Part shown: positions 24,040-34,248 of the stretch, piece by piece
Layout of the letters: every line of letters starts with the position of its first letter
Position numbering within the stretch: the stretch's first letter is position 1
NCBI RefSeq assembly: GCF_038025025.1
Contig: NW_027117343.1
Location: 1,674,001 to 1,738,000, forward strand
Reading direction: 5' to 3'
Length of the DNA stretch: 64,000 nt
DNA from: Phyllosticta citribraziliensis
Lineage: Eukaryota
Notes under the pieces: model-generated
Seen by the model: the letters and a program-made list of their open reading frames with translations, nothing else
Told to the model about the DNA's origin: nothing
Database searches by the model: none
Position numbers and translations under genes: made by a program

Positions 24040-25095
24040 TCAGGCTTCCGCAGCCTCTGCCGCTCCAAATCCTGCCTCCGTCCGCAAAAAGTCCATAATG
24101 TCGTCAATCTCGTCCGGAACCTTGTACCAGTGGCCCTCATCGTAGTCTTTCCATTGCACCCTGCAACCCAAGGCTTCGAGCACGTCCTTTGCTTGAGAAC
24201 CCAGCTTCATGGATACCTTCTCGTCGTTTCTGCCATGTCCCAGGAAGGTCGGCGTGCGGGCGAAGGCTAGGGCCTCGTCCGTTCCAGAAAGCGGCGGAAG
24301 TGAGGCAATGTCGCGCGCCATGTTGACTGCGCGCAGCTGGCGCAGCTCAAGGCTGTCGGTTTCACCGCAGTCTTTCTCGTTTTCGTCGTCGTCGTTTTCA
24401 CCATGCTCGCCATCAGAACCGAAAACGTCATCGCCATGATCGTTGTGTCCGCCGTCAGAGCCAAAGATGTCGTCGTCCTCACGACCTGAGCTCTCCCCTT
24501 CGTCTTCCTTCTTCTTGTCTTTGTCCCTCGGATCTAAACTCTCGGCGAAGGGAAGCCAACCACTCATCCCCACAAATGCGGCGAACGATGCAGATCCTTC
24601 TTCCTTCGGCTTGAAATTGAGAAGCACGTGAAGCGCAGCCGCGCAGCCCTGGCTCAGCCCGCCAATGACGACATGCGACATTCCAACGAGGCTGGCTTCT
24701 TTCTCGATCAGATCATGAACAAAGGCGCTGGTTTCGCGGATGCCATCATACTGGAGGTGTTGTCGCTCGGAAGGGTCGTCCAAGGAGAAGTTGTCGAACC
24801 ACTGGTTGATTGGAATGCGCTTGATGGCAGTAGATCGGCGTTTCTTTGCTGTCGGGAAGACGAACTTGGCTCCTGGAAAACAATCGGTGAGAGTTCTGTC
24901 CTTGGAATTCCGGCTCTTGAGAAGCTCGATACCGAAGCGCTCGGCGTTGCTACCGCGACCGTGGAGGAGGATGATGCTGTGTGTGTGCGGCGCGGTAGGG
25001 TTGACAATCAGAGGTTCAGGCCAAATCAGCTGCTTTCGCTTGGTTTTGCTGAGCGGAGGACCGTCGCCTGCATCTTGGTGCTTCATTGTTTCCAT
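24040..25095 (-). CDS. Phospholipase/carboxylesterase (abhydrolase_2, acyl-protein thioesterase-like), 351 aa
   Basis: HTHSIILLHGRGS oxyanion loop, QWFD, GGLSQG nucleophile elbow, GHGRNDEKV (Asp) and EGHWY (His); acidic insertion in the middle. Confidence 0.9.
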   Translation of the reverse strand: METMKHQDAGDGPPLSKTKRKQLIWPEPLIVNPTAPHTHSIILLHGRGSNAERFGIELLKSRNSKDRTLTDCFPGAKFVFPTAKKRRSTAIKRIPINQWFDNFSLDDPSERQHLQYDGIRETSAFVHDLIEKEASLVGMSHVVIGGLSQGCAAALHVLLNFKPKEEGSASFAAFVGMSGWLPFAESLDPRDKDKKKEDEGESSGREDDDIFGSDGGHNDHGDDVFGSDGEHGENDDDENEKDCGETDSLELRQLRAVNMARDIASLPPLSGTDEALAFARTPTFLGHGRNDEKVSMKLGSQAKDVLEALGCRVQWKDYDEGHWYKVPDEIDDIMDFLRTEAGFGAAEAAEA

Positions 25096-26032
25096 TTTTG
25101 GGTGCAGTCAGTGGTGGAAGGATTGAGCAGAGGGAAGTTGGACGACTGTTGTTGATGGTCATTGCAACCAACGCCGTGCGCACACACAGGGTGCGGCCAA
25201 TCAGGAACAAGCGCGCTTAACGGAAGCAGGCAGCAAGGCGACTGCAGCGAGAAGGCAGCCTTACCACGAGCCAGCGCGTTTGCCTCTGTGATTTATCGCC
25301 TTGGTTTGCTCCCTCGATTGCCACCCCTGCCAGTAGTTGGGGCTAGTTTGAAAGAAGCGCTCACGATTCCACTGATTCCCAGAACCTTCTCCGCTTTCGA
25401 TCGAGAGGCTGAGAGATCGCTGCGGCGCTTGTATTAGCAGTGGACCATTCAGGCGCCGTTATGGGGTGGCGGCTATCTTTTTAAGCGATACATAGGCGCT
25501 TCGAGTGGCACAGGCAAACAGGAGCTCGCCAGTGGCCAGAGGAGGCTTCGCACTGGTCCGGCATATCAAGCGAAGCTCTGCGCCTCCCTCAACGAAAGTA
25601 CGGACTGCAGCTTACACCAATCATACAGGAGTGATAGTTCAGATGCATGAATTCTTCGAAAGGATATGCAGCGACTGCCTGGTTCCGGAATCGTTGTGGG
25701 GAATTCACATCTTTGTCGGATGACCATGTCGAAAGTGGCTGTAGCAAGGCGCTTTGCTGACGATTCAACAGAACGACTTCCATCGAGGCGTGAGATGACT
25801 GGACGAGGTATATGCAGGAACTTTCGTTTTGAGACTCAAAAGGATATCTGGAAATCCATGGCCGAGCTAAAGAAGGGAGTTGTTGCCTGTATAAAAATGC
25901 GGCGACCAGCTGCTTTACTCTTGTAACCAAAGATCCCAAGTCTCCATTCCATTGTCATCTTCCATACGAGACACCTCCTCGGTAACTTTTCGATTACAAG
26001 TCAAAATGTTCGTTGCTGACAGCTCGCAGACT

Positions 26033-26209
26033 ATGCCCGACAAAGACAGCCAGAGCCGAAAGGCTCAAGAGTCTTACGCAAAGGAGATGGGTTTGACGGA
26101 AGAAGAAGCAAAACAATTGACGAGAAGTGGGGGCGCGGCGCAAAGTCGCCGCAAAGATCGTGGAAGTAAGAAGGAGAGCGACGGAAAGCAAGACGACAAA
26201 GGGAAATAG
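26033..26209 (+). CDS. Putative 58-aa highly charged microprotein with a 5'UTR intron (25982-26029)
   Basis: TATAAAA at ~25889. Intron-like GTAACT..GCTGAC..CAG ends 3 nt before the ATG. ORF reads MPDKDSQSRKAQESYAKEMGLTEEEAKQL... Confidence 0.5.
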   Translation: MPDKDSQSRKAQESYAKEMGLTEEEAKQLTRSGGAAQSRRKDRGSKKESDGKQDDKGK

Positions 26210-26220
26210 GTCCACTGCAG

Positions 26221-27543
26221 TCAAGGCTGAGGCTTGGAACTATCAGACGCGTCAAATTCCCGGCGGTATTCATCCAAGTCGGCAAGCTTTCGCTCGACGA
26301 GTTCTTCAACCGCTTGTCTGTATGGTCCACGGAGGAAATCTTCGATCACATCCTCCTCAGTCTGATCTGCAGGCCTGCGTAGAGGGTCGATCTTTTCCCA
26401 ATAAATGTGCTCAAAGTTGTACGGGTCTTGCAGGCACATCGCAACCCAGAATCTCATCGGATTTTGAACTGCACTTCTCATCGCTATTGAAAGCCGCCCG
26501 TGATCTTGCGGATAGTCTGCCGAATTTTCGAGTTCCTCAATGATATCGATCAAGTGACCGCACTCTTCAAAATACGAGCCAGTGTCCGATATGGCAAGCT
26601 CGTGGACGTTCAACCCAGTGAGCCAGAATGGGGGCAATACCAAATCGATTGGGATGACTTGAGCCCACTCCCAGTCGACGATTCCGGTAAATTGAAAGGT
26701 ATCTGGGTCGACCAAGATGTTAGGCGTGCGTAAATCGCCGTGGATAAGTACGAAGGGTTCGTCGCCAGAGCAAGTGATGCCACAGTCCGACAGGAGTGAT
26801 TCGAACAGATGAATGGCGCATGCTTTTTCTTCGCCGTCTTCTTTATCGTAGATGCTGTTACGCTGCTGTTCCAAGCGGGCGCGGATCATGCGAGCCAGAC
26901 AGGTCTTGTACCCCGCGCAAGAATCGAAGGTCTGATCAACGGGAAGAATCGCGTCGACATCTACTCCGTCCAAGATGAGGGAATCGATGGCGTGAGAAAG
27001 GGGTCGATTATCGAGCGCCAAAGTCTCACTTTCGCCTCGTATTGTCCAGGAGCCGATTCTCTCGAATCTCAAATTTGAAAGACTGAGAAGGAGTTGGGCA
27101 AGCTGACGATACACGAATTCTTTCTTGTCGGATGGAAGCTCGGGAATCTTCCAATATCCAAGGGCTTTACCCTCCAAAAACTCTGTTATCATGAACGCAG
27201 CTCCAGTTGGGTGATCGCCTTCCGTTGCCCACGCAATCAGAGCGGGAACCCGGATGTTGGTTTTCTCTTGAACAAGTTTCATCGTGGCGATTTCGCACAG
27301 AAACTTCTCTTCTAGGCACATCGCTCCACCAGGGATGGGAAATCTGATGAACCATTTCGTGCCGTCCTCGAAATGAACGGGGAAGCCCACATTGTACGAG
27401 CCTCTTAGTCGGTTGCTGACAGTACATGGCTGACCGTCCTTGTAGGACGATGCCAACTTTTGAATCTCTGATTTCCTCATGTTGGGCGCCCACTCGTCAG
27501 TGACACGAGAAAAGTGAGCTCTCCGGAGCTTATCGAGGTCCAT
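26221..27543 (-). CDS. Aminoglycoside phosphotransferase (APH)/choline kinase-like protein, ~440 aa
   Basis: RGSYNVGFPVHFEDGTKWFIRFPIPG, EIATMKLV..IRVP, Brenner motif HGDLRTPNILVD and GIVDWEWA. First ATG at 27543. Confidence 0.88.
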   Translation of the reverse strand: MDLDKLRRAHFSRVTDEWAPNMRKSEIQKLASSYKDGQPCTVSNRLRGSYNVGFPVHFEDGTKWFIRFPIPGGAMCLEEKFLCEIATMKLVQEKTNIRVPALIAWATEGDHPTGAAFMITEFLEGKALGYWKIPELPSDKKEFVYRQLAQLLLSLSNLRFERIGSWTIRGESETLALDNRPLSHAIDSLILDGVDVDAILPVDQTFDSCAGYKTCLARMIRARLEQQRNSIYDKEDGEEKACAIHLFESLLSDCGITCSGDEPFVLIHGDLRTPNILVDPDTFQFTGIVDWEWAQVIPIDLVLPPFWLTGLNVHELAISDTGSYFEECGHLIDIIEELENSADYPQDHGRLSIAMRSAVQNPMRFWVAMCLQDPYNFEHIYWEKIDPLRRPADQTEEDVIEDFLRGPYRQAVEELVERKLADLDEYRREFDASDSSKPQP

Positions 27544-27949
27544 TTCTGCCGTTCGATGGCGCAACCTAAATAGAATGTGTTCGGATTCGAATTGGTTTAA
27601 AGGAAGATGAGCCAGAAATGGAAGGAAACGGGTGACGAAACGCACATCCAGGCGCTTAAGAACGAGCTCCTGCTTGTGATGAGTCAGATTTTACGAAAGC
27701 AACAATGTAGTGGGGGCGGCGTATCACGTCGCCGATGAATTGCAAGGATTGTAACTCCTTTCTTTTCTATGTCGCGACAAACTTCTGCTGTGTCCCGTCA
27801 GAATACGCAAAATGGGACGAGAATGACCCCTGGGCGTGAGCTTTGCTCGAATCGTTCGGCCCAGCTGTCGCACTCAAATTCTCTTTATTATTCTCGCAGA
27901 TGCTGAGCACCATTGTGGGGGAGTCTTGTGCGGCTATCGGCCGGTTTTC

Positions 27950-28600
27950 GATGCCAAATGATATCGTGAGTATGCTCAAAAACAGCCAGAGCAAGAAAGG
28001 ATGGCTTGAGAACGTCATCCACTGTACACGACGGGCCTGTACCAAGCTTTGACACACTCCCAGTATTGCGCACAAGATCTCGACAATTCCCGGTCAATGG
28101 TGCCCAGAGCCTCACCTTCGCGGACAGTGATGTTGCCAGGACGAAGTTCATTGCGTGTGAGAACAGCATTTCGCGCCGGGTGATTGGGGGGTGTGCGACA
28201 CTTGCAGACCAATGGGTGCGGCGGAAAGGCGAACATCGCCTGCATGGAACTCCCACGAAACTTCTCTACACCCGGAAAGGTGCCGCAAAGTGGGAGAATA
28301 TTTGATCATGATAAGCACTTCCATGTACAGGGCCGATGGACTCGGATTTGATTGCGCGCACTCGTGAAGGCCAGTCTCTCAGCCTACTGAGCTTTGACAA
28401 AGCCCTTGTGCGCCGCATCAGTTTCACCCAAGGTCTCATGCAGAGTGTCGCCTTCGACGAAATCCATAATGATGGCATCACATTCAGGGTCTGGCTTGAA
28501 CTCCCAATACAGTGGTGTTGACTTTGGGTGTTCAAACGGGCCCGCAGCCGGCCGCAGGGTAGGTCGGATGCGTGTTTTGTCGTTTGTGATGATGTCGGTG
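27950..28600 (-). pseudogene. Degraded APH/kinase-like pseudogene
   Basis: Collinear fragments in shifting frames with stops: IIMDFVEGDTLHETL, SIGPVHGSAYHDQIFS, and NELRPGNITVREGEALGTIDRELSRSCAQYWECVKA (a decayed HxDLxPxNI..IDWE..YWEYxKA). Boundaries approximate. Confidence 0.65.
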
Positions 28601-29214
28601 ATGCTGAGAGACTGTGGGTGGAGCGTGTTGTAGGCGTGTCGGCGGGTAAAGCATGCTGAGCCGTGGGCGGAAATGGAGGAACGGAGTCGAAGGGCTTGCC
28701 TGAGGCGCAAATCCGAAGAAACGGCAGACAGGAGTGACGGGGAGACGGGAGTAGTATGTTGAGGGGTCGTTCGGCGACAGGAAGCTTCGTTGAAGTGGAA
28801 GACTACTGAAGAACAGGCCCACGAGAAGAAGAGGCGAAAGCAGAAGTCGTGGCGTTGATGGAAAAACCTCAAGGTTTGGGCATGCGATGAACTCGGTGAC
28901 GGCGATCGCAACCACGCGACGTCACGCCGCTGACTAACGGCTGCCCTGCCTGGGAGGTCTCATACCTCATTCAAAGAGTAGAGTCGCCTACCGCCGTCGG
29001 CAGCCAAAGGCTTAGAGTCATCGAGTGCTGTTGAAAGAGGATGCGCCACCTAGCAACCACTCACCTTTGACGTCAAGCCTGTCCGCAGGCGGTCGGCTCA
29101 TGCCCAGACCGGTCCCAAGGCCTCAGCCACCAGCTGCGATTCGACCCGCTGCGCGAAAAATCCAGCTGAAGAAGATCTTGATTTGGTCGTAACAGTTTTG
29201 TCATAAGGACAATA

Positions 29215-30872
29215 TCATTCATCCATCCTCTTTCCCTCAAGCACATCTCCTTTCGGGACCACTGTCACCTTGCCTTCGTCCTTGTCGCTCTGGCTGCCGC
29301 ACTCCACTCCAATGATTTCCTTGTCATCGGCAAACAAGTCCGCCAACTCCTCCAAAGTCATTGACTTGGTCTCCGGGAACCACTTCCAGATGATTCCGAT
29401 CGCGACGGCCAAGAAGCCGGCGTAGCACACAAACATCCAGAATCCAATCCGCTCCAGCGCGATGGGATTTACGTACGAGTTCCACACCAGAAGCGCGTCG
29501 GCTACCACGAGGAAAAGGCCAAGTCCCTTGGTCCTGATGTTGTAGGGCAGAATTTCGGCGGGATATGCGTACACAAGTGGGTTGCATGCAATGTTGAAAG
29601 CCGCATTGTACAGGAACATGAAGACGACTGTCACGTATCCAGCGGCAGGAGAACCTTCGGCGGCGTATCGGGCGGCAGCGATTGTGAATGGGATGTTGGC
29701 AGCCAGCATGCCGACGAAGGAGATGAGCCACAGGGGACGTCGGCCTATGCGTTCGGCCAGAATGACGCCCGTGATGGAGCAAAATAGATTCCAGATTTGC
29801 ATACCACCGTTGATTCCAGTCTGCGCATTCGTGGAAGTGATGCCGACAGAGGTCAGGATTTGAGAAAAGTAGTACGAAAAGGCGCTCTGGCCACTCCAGA
29901 GGGCCAGCACGGCGACTGCAAGGACGACGGCCAACCGACGACGGTTCGGACGAGACGCCAGAATGCGACGCCATGAGATTGCTGCGTTGACGCGATCAAC
30001 TTCGAGAGCAGCGGCAATTTGCGAAAGTTCCCCCGTGACGAGCGGATCGGTGTAGTCCCCGTTCGCATGGTATTCTGCAAGAACGGCGAGAGCTTCGTCT
30101 GTTCGGCCGCGGGCGTAGAGAAAGCGCGGAGATTCGGGCATGAAGATTGTGGAGATGATGACGAAGACGCTGGGGGCACCTTGGACAATGGACGGGATGC
30201 GCCAGGACCAGGTTGAAGTGAGATGGCCAGTCCCAAAGGTAAGCCAAGACGCGACGATGGCCCCGACGTACCAGAGCACGTTGAACTGGAATGTCAGCGT
30301 GGGAGTGACAGAGGGCTGTAAGGGGACCTACTGTGGAAGCGATTTGTCCTCTCATGCGAGGATGCGACAGTTCGTTGAGTAGACTTGGGCCAGCAGAGAT
30401 GGTGAAGCTCGTCCCCAATCCAATCACAAACCGACCTCCAATGAACATGCCCTTGCCTTGAGCCGCACTCTGCAGTGCAGTTCCGAGGATGCAGAGGAAA
30501 GATCCAAAGGCGATGGAGGATCTTCGACCGTAACGGTCTGCCAAAGAAGAAGCAAAAAAGGCTCCAACAACACCACCGACGAAGAGAATGGCTGTGATCA
30601 GGCCAAGATCCGAGGAAGAAGGATTTCCCATGTCTGAGACGTTAGCGAGCGGGACCGATGACAAGTTGAGCAAATTCACCTTCTGTCCATGGCTGCATGG
30701 TCTGCAGACTTCCAATGACGCTTTCATCATAGCCGACAGTCATTTGCGACACCAAGATACAACTCTGCCAAAAGACAAGGCGCCGGAGTCCAGCATCTCG
30801 CCACCACTTGGGATTCGTGTTGTTCTGAAGCCCCTCCAACTGTCCCATGTGACGGACAGCAGTGGCCGGCAT
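29215..30872 (-). CDS. MFS sugar porter (lactose permease/cellodextrin/hexose transporter-like), ~521 aa; exons 30872-30680, 30633-30332, 30285-29215
   Basis: Two 46-nt introns (GTGAAT..CTAAC..CAG and GTAGGT..CTGAC..CAG). Motifs GYD, LADRYGRR, ELSHPRMRG, WSWRIP, PESPRFL, ERIGRR, PETKSMTLEEL. Confidence 0.92.
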
Positions 30873-31453
30873 TCTGGGCGAAACAATGGAGATCGACAAG
30901 ACTGAAGACACAGGTCATCAGACCACAAGCGGATACCGGTTCGCTCTATAAAAGGTGTAAAGCAACACCCGAATTGACCAATTGCGAGAGGAGGCGTAAG
31001 CAAGACATGGAGACGACAAAAGGAGCAATGCCACCGAAAATCCGCGTGTGTGGGATGGAGAAGATAGCGATACTGCATGATTGGGATAGCGGGGAGAGAT
31101 CTGCTCGATTTTCTTCGGAATAGGCGACGTCGAGATTCAAAACAGAAGATATCGATAAGTGTTGCGGCGGCACCTGTGGACTCGGCCGTGGCTCGACCGA
31201 GCCGGCTTCCCCAGATTCTCGCAAGGAACGGTGTCCAGCCAACCAAGAATCGGTGGGGCGGAGCAGTAGTATCTTTCCCATCGGATATGCGACGATTGGA
31301 CAAGGCCTTCCGTGACTCGACCGAGCCAAGTGGCAATCGCCGTAGAGACTTGGACCTGGGAAGCATACATAAAGGTGAGGCCGACGAGTCGAGTTGTGGT
31401 GGAAGATAAGCACCTTGAAGATACCAGGCCACTTTTGGAAGTCCGCTCCCATC

Positions 31454-32611
31454 ATGCCTCATTACGAATCCGAGCCATCCATTGACACCTCTGTCAAGAC
31501 TGGCGATTGGCGCGACCAGTTGTACGAAGATGGTTACGTCGTCGTCAAGGGAGTCCTTTCTCCTGAGCGCGCTCAGTCATACGTCGACCGAATGTTCCAA
31601 TGGCTCGAAACTTTTCCATACGGATTCAAGACCGACGACAAGTCGACATGGGATGCAGAGCACCTCCCAGCGCACATGAAGTGAGTTGAAAACGATCGAG
31701 TAAGTTCGGTAGCTAACAGTGATAGGGGCGGCATGTACCACGGCTACTCGGTCCAACACGAAAAGGTCATGTGGGATGCCAGAATGTGAGCCTCAAGTCG
31801 CAGCTCGGGTACCGGTGTTGACGTATCTCAGGGAGCCGAAGCTTATCGAGACGTTTGCGAAATTGTGGGGCACGGATGAACTCCTCGTTTCTTTTGACGG
31901 CATGAACCTGACCATCCCCACTACCGAACGCCCTGTTTCTGAACCATGGCCGCATGTCGACCAAAGCCCTCTCCGCAAAGGCATGCAATGTGTCCAGGGA
32001 ATCTTGAACCTGGCACCGAACGGACCGAAAGATGGCGGTCTCATTGTGGCCAAAGGATCTAGCAAGTTGAACGAGCAATTCTTCAAGGCTCACGAAGTGA
32101 TTGGCAGAAAGACGTGGGGTTCGACAGATTGGTTTGGCTTCCAACCAGAGGAAGTCGACTGGTTTTTGAACCGCGGATGCGAAATGGTAAAGGTGTGCGC
32201 TGAGCCGGGCGATCTTTTGCTTTGGGACTCGAGGACAATTCACTACAATGTGCTTCCAGAGTCGCAAAACACTCGGGCAGTGATGTGTAAGTTCCGCCTG
32301 TCTCGTTGAAGGTGCTTGCTAATGGAACAGACATTTGCTACACACCAGCTGCCTTTGCGACTCCTGAGAATCTGGAGAAGAAGAAGGAAATTTACGAGAA
32401 GAGAGTGGGGACAGTAAGTAGCCCATGGGCTATCTGAGAATGAAGCTGACGATGGTAGACTCATTGGCCACATGCCAACATCTTCCAGCACACTGAGAAG
32501 AAACTCCGACTTGGAAAACCAGACCCATGTTCGAGGACGCGACCGCACGAGGAACCAGACGAGACGGAAGCCTTGCTGAAGCTTGCTGGTGTTCTCCCGT
32601 ACAGTCAGTAG
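31454..32611 (+). CDS. PhyH (phytanoyl-CoA dioxygenase)-like Fe(II)/2-oxoglutarate dioxygenase, ~325 aa; exons 31454-31680, 31726-31785, 31832-32286, 32331-32413, 32459-32611
   Basis: Four 44-46-nt canonical introns give an open spliced frame. Motifs DGYVVVKGVL, LWGTDELLVSFDG, HxD (WPHVDQSP), distal His (GDLLLWDSRTIHYN) and TTHWP. Confidence 0.9.
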
Positions 32612-32619
32612 ATGAATTG

Positions 32620-34248
32620 TCAGTCTTCGATCAAATCGTTCAAAACTCGAAGAGCTTGCTTTGCGACTTCGTTTTGTGACTCCACTTGGGCCAGAAACTC
32701 TTTGCCTTGGGCTATGCTCTCCGAGTAAGAAGAAAGCGTGTTGCCACCTTGTACTTCGAGTGCGAGGGTGACAGTGGCCGAAAAGACGAGCATCGCATGC
32801 CCCCAAGGACGGAGCTTGGAGAAGTTTTCCGTGTTTGTTGAAGCTGAATGGGTGATGGCAACGGCGGAGGACAAGCAAATGGATCTGGCCCGGGCGTAAT
32901 TTGTTGAACCCTCGAGCCAATGCGACTGTAGCACGCGGTTGATGGCGATCCTGTAATATAGAAGAATCATTGCCAAACTCTTTCTTTGCCATGGGATCCA
33001 CGGGAACTGCCTGTCTCGCTCTCGCGTCGCGGGAGTCTCCAATTCGTCATTCTGTAGGTGCGCGGGTAGCTCGCCGATGATGGTGCCCAGTTGATCGTCT
33101 GCCGCGAAGACGAATTGCGCGATTTCTGCAGCGCGCCAGTGTCTGAGGCGCATTTTCGAGCGAAGCTGATACAGAACAATGGCGATTCTGCTCATGGCAA
33201 TGTGATACTGGATTGGGCGCGGTCCTCGTCTGCTAGCAGGATGTGCCGCTTGCAGTTGATCATCATCCAGGTCGGCCGGAAGTGCGCAGTCAAAGTCTGT
33301 GTCGTTGATGCATGGGGTTCTACAAGGGACTTGGAGCCACTCGCAAATGACCAGAGTCCACCAAAGCCGCCGACGAGCTTCCCGATCGATTGCACTCTGC
33401 GCAAGATTTTCGTGGTCGGAGCCAAGGTTGAGCTGCTGTGCCATGCGAACTGCGCACGCCCACAGATTGGAATGGCGGCACGTGTCTCCGATATTGGTGG
33501 CGACGATTCCGAGTATCGTCACGGCTTGGACAACGCGAACATTTGTCTTCTGCATGAAATCCCCCTTGTCCAAGAAGAAGAGGGCGGAGTCGTACCAATT
33601 CCGCAGGAGCGCTTCTTGGTTCAAGAGTGGCGGGTCGCAAAGCACGAATTCCGCATCGTCCATGAATAGGAGCGCTGAAGATAGGACGCCAAAGTAGATG
33701 GCCAACCAAAGCGGATCCTCCGCGCTCAACGAAAAATGGACCGATAACCGCGACCAGAATTGGTCATGCTCGTGGCGGAAATCCGGAATGAAAAAGGCGA
33801 AATGGAGCCACGATGTCCAGACGTTGGCGTGCTCCAGGAGGGTATTGCTACATTCTCTTGACGGCACAAGCACATGACTTTCTTGGAAGACGCTTCTGGA
33901 CTCTTGCGAGCGACTGACTGCGCCGAGGAGTCGCTTTTCGTACTGCTCTGTCATGTCCACCAAGGTGGCGCTCGCTGGAGGATCCACGAAGTTTGAAGGC
34001 CCGTCTCGAGACAACAGGGTGGCCAGGCGAGCATTTTCTTGAAGCAAAGCCTCGTAGCTGAGGTCTCGGTTTGGCTGACCGGCGCTACGAAGCTGGCCGC
34101 GCACTCGGACAGTTTCGCGCCGGCATTCGAGAGCGATACCGCGGCTGGTGCATTCGCGACATGGGATTTCTTTGCTGCATTTTACCTTACGAGAGTAGCA
34201 GGCAGTGCAAGAAAGCGGAGTGCGCTGGGATGAGCGGATTGGCGGCAT
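32620..34248 (-). CDS. Zn2Cys6 transcription factor with fungal-specific TF middle-homology domain, ~542 aa
   Basis: SCTACYSRKVKCSKEIPCRECTSRGIALEC binuclear cluster followed by a coiled coil (LLQENARL). Also AVRMAQQLNL and EARRRLWWTLVICEW. Confidence 0.93.
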   Translation of the reverse strand: MPPIRSSQRTPLSCTACYSRKVKCSKEIPCRECTSRGIALECRRETVRVRGQLRSAGQPNRDLSYEALLQENARLATLLSRDGPSNFVDPPASATLVDMTEQYEKRLLGAVSRSQESRSVFQESHVLVPSRECSNTLLEHANVWTSWLHFAFFIPDFRHEHDQFWSRLSVHFSLSAEDPLWLAIYFGVLSSALLFMDDAEFVLCDPPLLNQEALLRNWYDSALFFLDKGDFMQKTNVRVVQAVTILGIVATNIGDTCRHSNLWACAVRMAQQLNLGSDHENLAQSAIDREARRRLWWTLVICEWLQVPCRTPCINDTDFDCALPADLDDDQLQAAHPASRRGPRPIQYHIAMSRIAIVLYQLRSKMRLRHWRAAEIAQFVFAADDQLGTIIGELPAHLQNDELETPATRERDRQFPWIPWQRKSLAMILLYYRIAINRVLQSHWLEGSTNYARARSICLSSAVAITHSASTNTENFSKLRPWGHAMLVFSATVTLALEVQGGNTLSSYSESIAQGKEFLAQVESQNEVAKQALRVLNDLIED

